64,000 bases of DNA. Origin: Anaeramoeba ignava BMAN. Taxonomy: Eukaryota > Protista > Anaeramoebae. Shown here one piece after another: positions 11,645 to 26,968 of this stretch (the stretch's first letter is position 1; each line of letters begins with the position of its first letter). Under the pieces are notes generated by a model, which did not search any database, had not been told where the DNA came from, and was given only the letters and a program-made list of their open reading frames with translations. Location of the stretch: NCBI GenBank assembly GCA_028826165.1, contig JAPDFW010000108.1:124001-188000 (forward strand), given 5' to 3'. The position numbers were made by a program, and so were the translations under genes.

Positions 11645-14345
11645 TTAAATATCCAAATTATCTTGAAGTTCTTTTTCTTCTTCGTTTTCTTTGATAATTT
11701 CTTGAATAATTTGTTTTTTTCTTTTTTTCTTTTTATATAAAATAATTCCAATAATAATTATTGAAATAACAAAAACAGGAATAATTACACCTAATGTTAT
11801 TGTTGTTGTGTTTGAATTATTGGTTTCATTTGGAGATAATGTTATAATTGATGTTGTTGAATTAATTCCTGAATATTTATTAAATGAACAATTTAAATCA
11901 GATGATGAATGAACTGAAATTTCATAATATTCTCCTCTTTTGTAATCCTGAAATTGAATAATTTGTTGTTAAATTTGTTAAACAAATTGATGTTGAATTA
12001 TAAGTAAATGAATATGCTTTTAATCCACTTGATAAATTTAATGAATCCCAAGTACAAACAAATCCATTAATTAGTGAATAACAATTTAATGAAGAAATAT
12101 TTCCTAATTTAGCTCTTGTTGAAATAATTGAACTAGGTAATCCTAAATATGGTGTTTCACAATTTAAATCAACACATCCTCGAATTGAAATATTATATTC
12201 AATATTTCCTGATATTCCACTTATTATTCCAATTATTTCATTTCCACTTAAATCAAGAGATGTGAATTTTTGCCAATTTGTTCCATTATCAAGTGAAATT
12301 GAATAATTATTTGCATTTGTTAATTTTGTGAAATTAAATTCAATTTCTTCAATTTTGGAAATTGTTTCATAAATTGTTGGAAATGTTAAATTATCAGTTG
12401 TAATTGAAGTTGATGAAATATATCCACATTTTCCATTTGAATTACATGATGATATATTGATTTGATATTCTTGATTTGGAAATTGAACTGTAAATTGTTG
12501 ATTTGTTGATGTTGGTTGATAATTTCCTGAATCATTTTGATAAATTGATTGATAAGTAAAATTATAATAAAATGGAATTGAACAATTAATTGGTTGATTC
12601 CAATTACAATTAATATCGATTGAATTTGAAATTGAACATGATAAATTTGTAACTTCTCCAAATAATAATGAAATTGATGATTCAACAAGTTCTCCTTTAT
12701 CATCTTCTTCACATTCTTGTGTTCTACATCCACAAATTGAAATATTATAATCATTTTCAGATTCTAAATTATTCAACAAATAATCAAGTGAAGAATTATC
12801 AACTGAAATGAAAGATATTAAATCAGGTTGAAATTGATTTAAATAAGAAAGATTATAATGATCAAGATGAGCAATTCCTTCATTGATATGAACATTAGGA
12901 TAATTCCAAGTAACATTAATTGAATAATTTGAAGGATTTGATAATTGGAAATCTTTTACAGAATCAATTTTTGTTGATAAATTAACCAAAGAAGAAGATT
13001 CACCACATTTCATTGATGTTGGATTACAAGCTTTGATTTGAATTGAATAATATTCATTTCCAGTAATATTATTATAAAATGAAGAATTAAATAATTGATA
13101 ATAAACATTCTCATCTTCAAGAATTGGAGAATCAATATCAATCCAATCATATCCATAATCAATTTGATAAATCAAAGTTGAAGGAATTTCAATTTTATTC
13201 CAATAACAATCAAATGATGAAAACAAAGATGAACAATTAAGAATATTAACTTGAGGAATCAATTTAGCTTCATAAACAAATGCTTGATTTGCATCATAAG
13301 CACCAATAACAGTAAAATTACCATAAATTGAAACACTCCATCCAAAATATGAAGGCCCATTCAAAATTTGTTCTTTATTCCAAATTGATTCATTATATCT
13401 GTAAATAAATGTTTTATTTGCATCATAAGCTCCAATAACAGTGACATTTTCATAAATTGAAACAGAACATCCAAAATTTGAAGCTGAAGGTTCACTCAAA
13501 ATTTGTTCTTCATTCCAAATTGATCCATTATATCTGTAAATAAATGCTTTATTTGCACCCCTAGCACCAATAACAGTAAAATTATCATAAATTGAAACAG
13601 AATATCCAAAATATGAAGCTGATTCACTCAAAATTTGTTCAAGATTCCAAATTGATCCATTATATCTGTAAATAAATGCTTTTTTTGCAGTATCAGTTCC
13701 AATAACAGTAACATTTTTATAAATTGAAACAGAATATCCAAACCAGTAAGCTGATTTACTCAAAATTTGTTCTTTATTCCAAATTGCTCCATTATATCTG
13801 TAAATAAATGCTTTATTTTCACCATTAGTCCCAATAACAATAACATCTTCATAAATTGAAACAGAATATCCAAAATATGAAGCTGATTCACTCAAAGTTT
13901 GTTCTTCATTCCAAATTGATCCATTATATCTGTAAATAAATGCTTTATTTGCACCCCTAGCACCAATAACAATAACATCTTCATAAACTGAAACAGAACT
14001 TCCAAAATTTGAAGCTGAAGGTTCACTTAAAATTTGTTCTTGATTCCAAATTGATCCATTATATCTGTAAATAAATGCTTGTTTTGCATAATAAGCACCA
14101 ATAACAATAACATCTTCATAAATTGAAACACTCCATCCAAAATAACTTGATGCACTTGAAAATTGATCTAATAAATTCCAAATCCAAGCTCCATCAAAAG
14201 AAGAATAATATCTTGTTGTTCCTATTGTTGTTTCTAATTCTTGAATTATTGATGAAATTGATTTTTGATTAGTTTGAGTTGATTGAATTAAGGAAATATT
14301 GATAATTAAGAAAAAGAAAAAGAAAAAGAAAAGATTTGATTTCAT
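11645..14345 (-). CDS. FG-GAP/FN3 type I membrane protein, copy C: 7 FG-GAP repeats, ~5 FN3; 1-nt frameshift near 11938
   Basis: Colinear with copy A. The TM and tail (…ELQDNLDI*) continue in another frame to a stop at 11645. Confidence 0.85.
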
Positions 14346-14589
14346 TTTGTTTCTTATTTTGTTTTATTTGCTATTTTTTATTTAATTAAAATAAAAATAA
14401 AAATAAGTTCATTTTGTGTTGTTTTTGTGTTGTTTTTATTTTTAAATTCAATTTTTTTTTTTACTTTTTGGTTTGTTGAAAAAAAAAAAGAATGAAAGAA
14501 AGAAAAAAATGAATTTATTTTTTTTTTAATAAAACTAATAATAAAAAAACAATTATTTTTTTTGCTTTTTTTCTTTTTAATTTATTATT

Positions 14590-15322
14590 AAAAATTAAAA
14601 TTAAAATTAAAATTAAAATTAAAATTAAAATTAAAATTAAAATTAAAATTAAAATCAATATAAATATCAATATAAATATAAATATCAATATAAATATCAA
14701 TATCAATATAAATATAAATATCAATATCAATATCAATATAAATATCAATATCAATATCAATATCAATATCAATATCAATATCAATATAAATATAAATATC
14801 AATATCAATATCAATATCAATATCAATATCAATATCAATATCAATATCAATATCAATATATCAATCAATATAAATATCAATATAAATATCAATATAAATA
14901 TCAATATATAATAAATATCAATATCAATATAAATATCAATATCAATATAAATATCAATATCAATATAAATATCAATATAAATATAAATATATCAATATCA
15001 ATATCAATATCAATATAAATATCAATATCAATATCAATATCAATATCAATATCAATATCAATATCAATATAAATATCAATATAAATATAAATATAAATAT
15101 CAATATCAATATCAATATCAATATCAATATCAATATCAATATCAATATCAATATCAATATCAATATCAATATAAATATAAATATCAATATCAATATCAAT
15201 ATCAATATCAATATCAATATCAATATCAATATCAATATCAATATAAATATCAATATAAATATAAATATCAATATCAATATCAATATCAATATCAATATCA
15301 ATATATCAATATCAATATCAAT
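14590..15322. repeat. Hexamer microsatellites (AAAATT)n followed by (ATATCA/ATATAA)n
   Basis: Read directly. Confidence 0.95.
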
Positions 15323-15329
15323 CTAAAAA

Positions 15330-16340
15330 GAGAAAAATTAAAAGAAAAATTTTTTTCCATAAATTCAATCGGATAAAATTAAATAAAAGAAAAAAAAAGG
15401 AAATTAAAATTTTTTTTTCACCTAAAAAAATTCTTTTCAGGAATTTAAATTTTTCATAGCTAACATTACAAAGTAATGTGGGGGAATGATGTTTGATTTC
15501 CAAACTTATTCCCTTTTATTTATTAATTTAAATTTAATTAATTCTTTATTCCACTTTTTTATTTTTTAATTTATTAATAAAATTATATTTGATTTCCAAA
15601 CTTATTCCCTTTTATTTATTTAATTAAATTTAATTAATTCTTTATTCCACTTTTTTATTCAATTTATTAATAAAATTATATTTAATTTCTAAACTTATTC
15701 CTTTTTATTTATTTATTTAATTATTTATTTATATTAATTCAATCTTTATTCCAATTTTTATTTCAAATTTCAATAAAGAGAAAAATTAAAGAAAAATTTT
15801 TATTTAATCGGATAAAATTTTTCCCTTTAAAATTTTTATAAAAATTTTTTCAGGAATTTAAATTTTTTAATTTATTAATAAAATTATATTTGATTTCAAA
15901 CTTATTCCCTTTTATTTATTTATTTATTTATTTAATTATTTATTTAATTAATTCTTTATTCCACTTTTTTATATTTTAATTTATTAATAAAATTATATTT
16001 AATTTCAAACTTATTCCTTTTATTTATTTATTTTATTTATTTATTTAAATTTAATTTTGATTTTTAATTTTTATATTTAATTTATTAATAAAATTATATT
16101 TAATTTCTAAACTTATTCCTTTTATTTATTTATTTAATTAAATTTAATCAATTCTTTATTCCACTTTTTTTTTCAATTTATTAATAAAATTATATTTAAT
16201 TTCCAAACTTATTCCCTTTTATTTATTTATTTATTTAAATTTAATCAATTCTTTATTCCACTTTTTATATTTTTTAATTTATTAATAAAATTATATTTAA
16301 TTTCTAAACTTATTCCCTTTTATTTATTTATTTAATTTTA
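15330..16340 (+). repeat. Hairpin-headed minisatellite element, copy 1: 72-nt core at 15450-15521 plus ~8 units of ~100 nt
   Basis: Core tttttcatagctaacattacaaagtaatgtgggggaatgatgtttgatttccaaacttattcccttttattt. Units carry aaacttattcc, ttctttattcca and aatttattaataaaattatattt. Confidence 0.9.
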
Positions 16341-16409
16341 ATTTTGATTTTAATTTTATTTATTTATTTAAATTTAATTTTAATTTTGATTTTAATTTTA
16401 ATTTTAATT

Positions 16410-18196
16410 TTAATTTTGATTATTAAATTTGTTAATTAATAAATCAAATAAATTTGGATTTGTTTGATTTAATTGAAAATAATCAATTCCTATTTCTAAT
16501 TCATTAATTATTTCTTGTGTAATTTGAATTTCATCTTTAATTTGATTTGAATAAATCCAATATTCAAATATTTGAAATGATTTATTACTTAATTCACTAT
16601 AATCTGTAACTTTATTAGAAGTATCATTTGTTACAGATAAAAACATTCCTCGATATAATTCACTTCTCATTATTAATATTAATTTTAGGAAATTTATATT
16701 TCTTTTCATTTCTTTCAATTATAAAATCTTTTTCATTTTCATTTTCATTTAAATAAATTCTTTTCATTGTTTCTTCAATTTTTTCATTTAAATTTATAAT
16801 TTCTTCAATTTCAGAATATAATTTTGGATTTATTATTCTGTTTGAATAAATCATTTCAAATATTTGATTTGATTCTTTAATTGATTTATTTGAAATAATT
16901 TCTTGAAGTTTTTCAATTTGATTTTCATTTTGATTTAATCTATATTTCAATATTAATTTATGAGCTTCAATTATTTCTCCATTTTTGGTTTTAAATGAAA
17001 TATTACAAAATTCTTTTCTTTCAAATAATTTTATCAAATCTTCTTCAAGATTGGAAAAAGAAGGAGGAGAATAATAAATAAATGATTTATAATCTCCACA
17101 AAAAATATGATAATTGGAAATATTTTCAGTAAATGTTAATTTAGGAAGTTTGATTTGAATTGGAATTAATTGATCTTCTGTATTTCCAGTTCCTAATTGA
17201 CCAGAATTATTACTTCCAAATCCTATCATCTTATTATTTGAAGTTAAAATCAAATTATGATCTCTTCCAACAGAAAAATCAAGAATATTATTATTATCAT
17301 TTTCAAATAAAGATGATTTGATTTCAGTAAATTGATAAGTATTTTCTTCATTTTTGCCAAGTCCGATAAATTCATAATCTCCAGTTGAATAAAGTTTTCT
17401 TTTTGTATTTTGGTTTTCATTTTCAATCAACATTATTGAATGAGTATTTCCACATTGAATATCAATTATTTTACCTTTTGGAATATTTTGGATTTTGGTT
17501 AATTTTTGGATTTTCCAATCTTTTCTTGATTCTCCTAATCCAAGTTGACCATATCTATTTAATCCACATCCAAATAATTCTTGGTTTGAATTTAAAAGAA
17601 AAACATGATACGAAGAATTTCCTGAAAATATTTTAGAAACATTTTTCATCATTAAAATTGGTTTTTTTGTTTTTTTAAGTGTTTTAGAATCAAAACCAAG
17701 TTCGACCATCTTCATTTGAACCAATTCCATAAACATTTTGATTTGAAGTTAATAAGTAAATTGAAATAGCTCCAGAAACAATATCTTGAATTATTCTATC
17801 ATTTGTATCTTCAATTAATGATGAAATGTTGATAAATTCTTTTGGATTTTCTGGATTAATATTTCTTCCTTTGGCAAATACATTTCCTTCTATTGTTAAA
17901 ATAGCTTCATTTCGATAACCAACAGTTACTTTTTGAATATTTTCTTCAATTTGGATTTTTTGAGGTTTTGGATTTGAATTTTCTAAATAATTTTCATTTA
18001 AGTATTCTATTGCTTTTCCATTTTTAAAAAGGAAAATTATTGCAGTTTCACTTGATGAAATTTGTTTAATTTGTTTTTCATTTTCATTTTCATTTTCATT
18101 TTCAAATTGAATTGGTTTTGGTTTTGTTATTCTATATGGTTCATTTTTGAAAAGTTTTGGATAATCATTTAAACCAAAAAATAAACAATCATTCAT
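16410..18196 (-). CDS. RCC1-repeat + tandem BTB protein, paralog 2; frameshifts near 17703 and 16683
   Basis: Three ORFs colinear with the intact paralog 4. Confidence 0.85.
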
Positions 18197-18331
18197 TTTT
18201 AAAAAGAAAAAAATGAAAAAATAATTTTGGAATTTTAATTTTAATTTTAATTTTAATTTTGATTTTAATTTTGATTTTGATTTTAATTGAAAATAATAAA
18301 TTGCTATTTTAAATTCATCAATTATTCATTT

Positions 18332-20201
18332 TCATAAAATTAAACAATTTTCCTTTTCGTTTTCCTTTTCCTTTTCGTTTTCGTTTTCATTTTGATTTTG
18401 ATTTTGATTTTGATTATTAAATTTCTTAATTAATAAATCAAATAAATTTGGATTTGTTTGATTTAATTGAAAATAATCAATTCCAATTTTAATTTCATTA
18501 ATGATTTCTTGTGTAATTTCAATTTCATCTTTAATTTGATTTGAATAAATCCAATATTCAAATATTTGGAATGATTTATTACTTAATTCACTATAATCTG
18601 TAACTTTATTTGATTTATCTTCTGTTACAGATAAAAACATTCCTCGATATAATTCACTTCTCATTATTAATATTAATTTAGGAAATTTATATTGTTTTTC
18701 TTTTCTTTCAATTATAAAATCTTTTTCATTTTCATTTTCATTTAAATAAATTCTTTTCATTGTTTCTTCAATTTTTTCATTTGAATTTATAATTTCTTTA
18801 ATTTCAGAATATAATTTTGGATTTATAATTCTGTTTGAATAAATCATTTCAAATATTTGATTTGATTCTTGAATTGATTTTTTGAAATAATTTCTTTAAG
18901 TTTTTCAATTTCATTTTGATTTTGATTTAATCTATATTTCAATATTAATTTATGAGCTTCAATTATTTCTCCATTTTTTGTTTTAAATGAAATATTACAA
19001 AATTCTTTTCTTCTAAATAATTTTATCAAATCTTCTTCAAGATTGGAAAAAGAAGGATAAGAATAATAAAGGAATGATTTTTGATATCCACAAGAAAGAT
19101 GATAATTGGAAATATTTTCATTAAATATTAATTTAGGAAGTTCAATTTGAATTGGAATTAATTGATCTTCTGTATTTCCAGTTCCTAATTGACCATAATA
19201 ATTACTTCCAAATCCAATCATTTTTGAATTAGATGTTAAAATCAAATTATGGTCATTTCCAACAGAAAAATCAAGAATAATATCATCATCATTTTCAAAT
19301 AAAGATGATTTGATTTCAGTAAATTCATAAGTATCTTGATATATTTTGCCAAGTCCATTATATTCATAATAACCACATGAATAAAGTTTTCTTTTTGGAT
19401 TTTCATTTTCATTTTGATTTTCATTTTCAATTAACATTATTGAAAAAGAAATTCCACATTGAATATCAATTATTTTGCCTTTTGGAATATTTTGGATTTT
19501 GGTTAATTTATGGATTTTTGTTTCTTTTCTTGATTCTCCTAATCCAAGTTTGCCAAATTGATTATCACCGCATCCAAATAATTCTTGATTTGAATTTAAA
19601 AGAAAAACAGAAGATGAATTTCCTGAAAATATTTTAGAAACATTTTTCATCATTAAAATTGGTTTTTCTGTTTTTAAGTGTTTTAGAATCAAAACCAAGT
19701 TGACCATAATAATTAGAACCAATTCCATAAACATTTTGATTTGAAGTTAATAAATAAATTGAAATAGCACCAGAAACAATATCTTGAATTATTCTATCAT
19801 TTGTATCTTCAATTAATGATGAAATGTTGATAAATTCTTTTGGATTTTCTGGATTGATATTTCTTCCTTTGGCAAATACATTTCCTTCTTTTGTTAAAAT
19901 AGCTTCATCTTCAAAACCAACAGTTACTTTTTGAATATTTTTTTCAATTTGGATTTTTTGAGGATTTTGTTTTGAATCTTTTAAATAATTTTCATTTAAA
20001 TATTCTATTGCTTTTCCATTTTTAAAAAGGAAAATTATTGCAGTTTCACTTGATGAAATTTGTTTAATTTTCATTTTGATTTTCACTTTGATTTTCATTT
20101 TCATTTTCAAATTGAATTGGTTTTGGTTTTGTTATTCTATATGGTTCATTTTTGATAAGTTTTGGATATTGATTTGAACCAAAAAATAAACAATCATTCA
20201 T
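18332..20201 (-). CDS. RCC1-repeat + tandem BTB protein, paralog 3, ending in CaaX (CLIL); frameshifts near 20070, 19672 and 18882
   Basis: Starts MNDCLFFG at 20201 like the paralogs; fragments are colinear with paralog 4. Confidence 0.85.
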
Positions 20202-20379
20202 TTTTAAAAAGAAAAAAATGAAAAAATGAAAAAATGAAAAAATGAAAAAATAATTTTTTAAATTTTAATTTTAATTTTGATTTTGATTTTAATTTTAATT
20301 TTAATTTTAATTTTAATTTTAATTTTAATTTTGATTGAAAATAATAAATCGCTATTTTAAATTCATCAATTATTCATTT

Positions 20380-22548
<2,169 letters not shown>

Positions 22549-22604
22549 TTTTGAAAAGAAAAAAAATGAAAAAAAAAATAAATAAAATTTTTTAATTAAA
22601 CTTT

Positions 22605-23555
22605 TAATCCATAATTATAATCGGTTAAAATTAAATAAAAGAAAAAAAAAATTAAATTAAAATTTTTTTTTCACTCTTCTAATCAGTTGTTGATTTTTTC
22701 ATAGCTAACATTACAAAGTAATGTGGGGGAATGATGTTTGATTTCCAAACTTATTCCCTTTTATTTATTTATTTATTTAAATTTAATTTTGATTTTAATT
22801 TTTATATTTAATTTATTAATAAAATTATATTTAATTTCCAAACTTATTCCCTTTTATTTATTTATTTATTTATTTAAATTTAATTAATTCTTTATTCCAT
22901 TTTTTTATATTTTAATTTATTAATAAAATTATATTTAATTTCCAAACTTATTCCCTTTTATTTATTTAAATTTAATTAATTTTTTATTCCATTTTTTTTA
23001 TATTTAATTTATTAATAAAATTATGTTTGATTTCCAAACTTATTCCTTTTATTTATTTATTTATTTATTTAAATTTTTATTCCATTTTTTTATATTTTAA
23101 TTTATTAATAAAATTATATTTAATTTCCAAACTTATTCCTTTTATTTATTTATTTATTTATTTTTTTTTAAATTTAATTATTTCTTTTTATTCCACTTTT
23201 TATTTTTAATTTATTAATAAAATTATATTTAATTTTTATTTTATTTATTTATTTATTTATTTATTTTTTATTTATTTATTTATTTATTTAATTTATTTTT
23301 TAATTAATTCTTTATTCCACTTTTTTTTTATATTTATTAATAAAATATTTAATTACCAAACTTATTCCCTTTTATTTATTTATTTAAATTTAATTAATTT
23401 TTTATTCCATTTTTTTTATATTTAATTTATTAATAAAATTATATTTAATTTCCAAACTTATTCCCTTTTTTATTTATTTAATTAATTAAATTCTTTATTC
23501 CATTTTTTTATATTTTAATTTATTAATAAAATTATATTTAATTTCCAAATTTATT
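22605..23555 (+). repeat. Hairpin-headed minisatellite element, copy 2: core at 22695-22766 plus ~7-8 units
   Basis: Core is identical to 15450-15521 and in the same orientation; the upstream aatcgg.taaaattaaataaaag block is also shared. Confidence 0.9.
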
Positions 23556-23699
23556 TAATTATTTATTTAAATTTAAATTTAAATTTAATCAAATTCAAAA
23601 AATGTAAATGCCAAAATGTTTTTTTTAAAAAAATTTTCAAAAAAAAAAAACTAAAAAAAAAAAAGTGGAATCATTTTTTCCTTTTACAATTTTTCATAA

Positions 23700-24239
23700 A
23701 TGAATGAAATAGAAAATGAAAATGAAAATGAAAATGAAAATGAAATAGAAAATGAAAATGAAATAGAAAATGAAATAGAAAATGAAAATCAAAGTGATAA
23801 TTCTTCAATTGATTCAGAAAAAGAATTTCTAGAAGAAAATTTAACATTTTCCCAAAATATCAATTCTTCATTTTCCATTTTACAAGGTTTGTAAAAAAAA
23901 AATATTATTTTTCTTGATCAAAAATTAATCAAAAAAAAAAAAAATTTTTTTTTTCTTTTTTTTCTTTTAGAATTTCAAAAAGATTCCTTTCAATTTTTCA
24001 ATCAAGAATTAAAGTAAATAATATTGTTATTTTTTTTTAAATTTAAATCTTTAATTAATTTTTTTGATAATTTTAGTTCTTTTGAAAAAATAGAAAAAGA
24101 AATTAATTCCAATTTTTCCAATTACATTTCAAATCTTCAAAAAATTAATCAAAAACTTAAAAATGAAAAAAAAAGAATAATTTCTGTTGTTAAAAATTTC
24201 TTTTCAAATTTAGAAGAAGTTGGAATAAAAGAAAAATAA
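23700..24239 (+). CDS. Small (~130 aa) predicted coiled-coil protein; exons 23700-23886, 23971-24013, 24077-24239
   Basis: Two GT..AG introns join the fragments in frame: acidic NE tract, then helical heptads. Confidence 0.6.
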
Positions 24240-24333
24240 AAAAATTAAAAAGAAAAAACGTGAAAAAACGTCATTAAAAAAAATTTTAATTTTTCATTTT
24301 TTTTTAATTCATTTTTTTTTCAATTTTTGGAAA

Positions 24334-26547
24334 ATGAAAATTTTATTGATTTGCTTTTTAATATTAAATTTCTTCATTTTCTTTGTCAAACCAGAATTCA
24401 CACCAACTAAATCTTTGTATTTTCCAATTCGAATGTATTCCATTTATCTTTCACTAATTGATGACAATTCAGGATATGTTTATTTTGTTGATTATGATAA
24501 TAACGATCATTCATTCATTTTCAAATTTGATGCGATAAATTTTGGATTTGTTGATTTTCTCAAATTTGATGTGAATTTTATAGATTCAGGAGTATATGAT
24601 AAAATAAATAAAGTAGGATATTTTGCAAGTGACGAACTGTCAACCATTTTCAAGGTTGATTTAAATTCAATGCAAGTTGTTGATAACATCACTTTTGGTT
24701 CAGGAATATTTTCGTTTTATGCGGCTCAAATTGATGTTTTCAATCAAAAAGCATATTTTTTCTCAAGTAGTTCAAATTCGACAATTTTCAAGATAGATCT
24801 CGCATCATTTTCTGTTGAATCCAATTTGTCATATGCAGAAGAATATATGAGTGCGAGTCCTTTGATTGATTTTTCGAATGGTCATCTTTATTTTTTCTCA
24901 ACAACTTCTGCTTCTGATCCACAAATCCACAAAATCAAGCTATCCATTTTTAAGGAAGTTGGTTCACTTCATTTAAATACAACTTCGTCATCATTTCTGA
25001 ACACAGGATTTATTGATTTTTCAACTGAAATTCTGTATATTGCTGCGCAATCAGATGGAATGACAATTTTCCGAGTGGATTTAATCACATTCACTTTAAT
25101 GGATAATCTTACTCTTAATGAATCATATGGCAATCCTATGCATTCAGCAGTCGATATTGTCACCAGAATGGGGTATTTTTTGACTGATAAAGGATTTTTC
25201 AAAATGAGTTTGCAAAATTTTTCGATTATTCAATCATTTCTATTTGATGATTATTCCGTTTATAGTTTCTCTTTAGATCTCGATAATCAAAATCTTCTTT
25301 TTGCAACAAGTGATTCAGAAATCATTGAAATTGGTTTGGAGTCATTCACTCCAAAAAATCAATTTTCGGCTAAAAATATCATCCAACCAACTCTCATTCT
25401 CACCGATGAAGTGAATCAAGCTTCTTATGTTGCTTTTGATTGTGGCTATGGAATAATTGCCAAGGTTGATCTTTCTTGTTTTGAAGTTGTTGGATTTCTG
25501 AACACTAGTAATTATGATGATTATTTTTCACATGGAGAACTTGATTTAGATAATGATATTGGATATTTTTTGATGGATTCTGGATTGACAATTCTGAAAG
25601 TGAAATTGTCTAATTTTTCTGTTATTGAAACAAAGCAAATTGATGCAAATATTTATCCAGAATTAACAGTGTTTGATTATCAAAATCACTTTCTTTATGT
25701 TGGATGTCAAAACACAAGTGATTTTTCTTCTTCTTTTTTGAAAATAAGTGTTCCCGATTTGCAGATTGTTGGGAATTTTGAGTTGGGTTCTAGTGATATT
25801 TATGGTTTATTCATTGATGTTCCACTTGGTTTTCTTTATTTTTTAGTAGAAAATTTTTCTGATCCTGGAACTGGATATTATTTAAGTCAAATTAGTCTGT
25901 CAAGTTTTAATCAAATTTCAACAGTTAATTTATCGGATTATGAAGTATCTGTGAGTTGTTTTGATCCTGTTCATCATTCCATTTTTTTTGAATTTGTTCC
26001 TTTTAGTAATTTAAATGAATATTTAAATGAAAATGAATATGAAAATGAATATGAAAATTTAAATGAAAATCAAAATCAAAATGAAAATCAAAATGAAAAT
26101 CAAAATTTAAATGAAAATCAAAATTTAAATGAAAAACAATGGGCTCATTTTTCTAAAATTGATTTATCTCAAATGTCTATTTCTGATTCTCATATTATTC
26201 AAGGAATTGATGATGTTATCCAATGTTTTGTTGAAACAACCGGAACTTATTTATTTTTCTTGTCTGGTTTTAATCTCAATCAAAATGTTCAAATTATTCA
26301 AATTGATATTAATTCAAATCAAATAGTTTCAAATTCAACTTTTAATCGTTCTTTAGACACTTTTCTTTTCCATTTTGATTATTCATCACAATTAGGATAT
26401 TTTTCTGCTTATGATAATAATCCAGTTCCTTTTATTCAAGTAGAAGTTCCACATTCAAATCCAAATCCACCTTCATCAAGTGAAATAATTAATTTTTCAA
26501 AAATTATATTTGGATTAATAACAATAATTACAATAATTTTTTTTTAA
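24334..26547 (+). CDS. Secreted, probably GPI-anchored repeat protein (predicted double beta-propeller), paralog of 57704-59782
   Basis: Signal peptide; ~44-aa repeats (IFKVDLxxFxxxxxLxL…DxxNxxGYF); PxPPSSS followed by a hydrophobic C-terminus with no cytoplasmic tail. Confidence 0.7.
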   Translation: MKILLICFLILNFFIFFVKPEFTPTKSLYFPIRMYSIYLSLIDDNSGYVYFVDYDNNDHSFIFKFDAINFGFVDFLKFDVNFIDSGVYDKINKVGYFASDELSTIFKVDLNSMQVVDNITFGSGIFSFYAAQIDVFNQKAYFFSSSSNSTIFKIDLASFSVESNLSYAEEYMSASPLIDFSNGHLYFFSTTSASDPQIHKIKLSIFKEVGSLHLNTTSSSFLNTGFIDFSTEILYIAAQSDGMTIFRVDLITFTLMDNLTLNESYGNPMHSAVDIVTRMGYFLTDKGFFKMSLQNFSIIQSFLFDDYSVYSFSLDLDNQNLLFATSDSEIIEIGLESFTPKNQFSAKNIIQPTLILTDEVNQASYVAFDCGYGIIAKVDLSCFEVVGFLNTSNYDDYFSHGELDLDNDIGYFLMDSGLTILKVKLSNFSVIETKQIDANIYPELTVFDYQNHFLYVGCQNTSDFSSSFLKISVPDLQIVGNFELGSSDIYGLFIDVPLGFLYFLVENFSDPGTGYYLSQISLSSFNQISTVNLSDYEVSVSCFDPVHHSIFFEFVPFSNLNEYLNENEYENEYENLNENQNQNENQNENQNLNENQNLNEKQWAHFSKIDLSQMSISDSHIIQGIDDVIQCFVETTGTYLFFLSGFNLNQNVQIIQIDINSNQIVSNSTFNRSLDTFLFHFDYSSQLGYFSAYDNNPVPFIQVEVPHSNPNPPSSSEIINFSKIIFGLITIITIIFF

Positions 26548-26569
26548 ATTAAGAAATAAAACAAATTTT

Positions 26570-26920
26570 AATTTTAATTTTAATTTTAATTTTTAATTTT
26601 AATTTTGATTTTAATTTTAATTTTAATTTTAATTTTTGATTTTAATTTTAATTTTAATTTAAATTTTAATTTTTATTTTAATTTTATATTTTAATTTTAA
26701 TTTTAATTTTAATTTTAATTTTAATTTTAATTTTAATTTTAATTTTAATTTTAATTTTAATTTTAATTTTAATTTTAATTTTAATTTTATTTTTTTTTAA
26801 TTTTATTTTAATTTTAATTTTAATTTTAATTTTAATTTTAATTTTAATTTTGATTTTGATTTTGATTTTGATTTTAATTTTAAATTTTAATTTTAATTTT
26901 AATTTTAATTTATTTTAATT
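26570..26920. repeat. (TTTTAA)n microsatellite
   Basis: Read directly. Confidence 0.95.
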
Positions 26921-26968
26921 TCATTTTTCATTTTTCATTTTTCATTTTTCAAATTAGAAAAAAAATAA

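Noticed and set aside
15461-15469. TAACATTAC resembling the CRESS-virus nick nonamer TAATATTAC
   Set aside because: It mismatches the NANTATTAC consensus, lies in the stem rather than the loop, and there is no Rep gene in the window.
15500-16340. CRISPR-like array (also 22740-23555), with the head as a tracr-like anti-repeat
   Set aside because: Sequences between the conserved blocks are near-identical A/T tracts rather than unique spacers, the repeats are degenerate, no cas genes are present, and the context is eukaryotic.
23700-24239. Resemblance of the small coiled-coil protein to synaptonemal central-element proteins (TEX12/SYCE2)
   Set aside because: The similarity is limited to generic heptad patterns and cannot be supported without a profile search.
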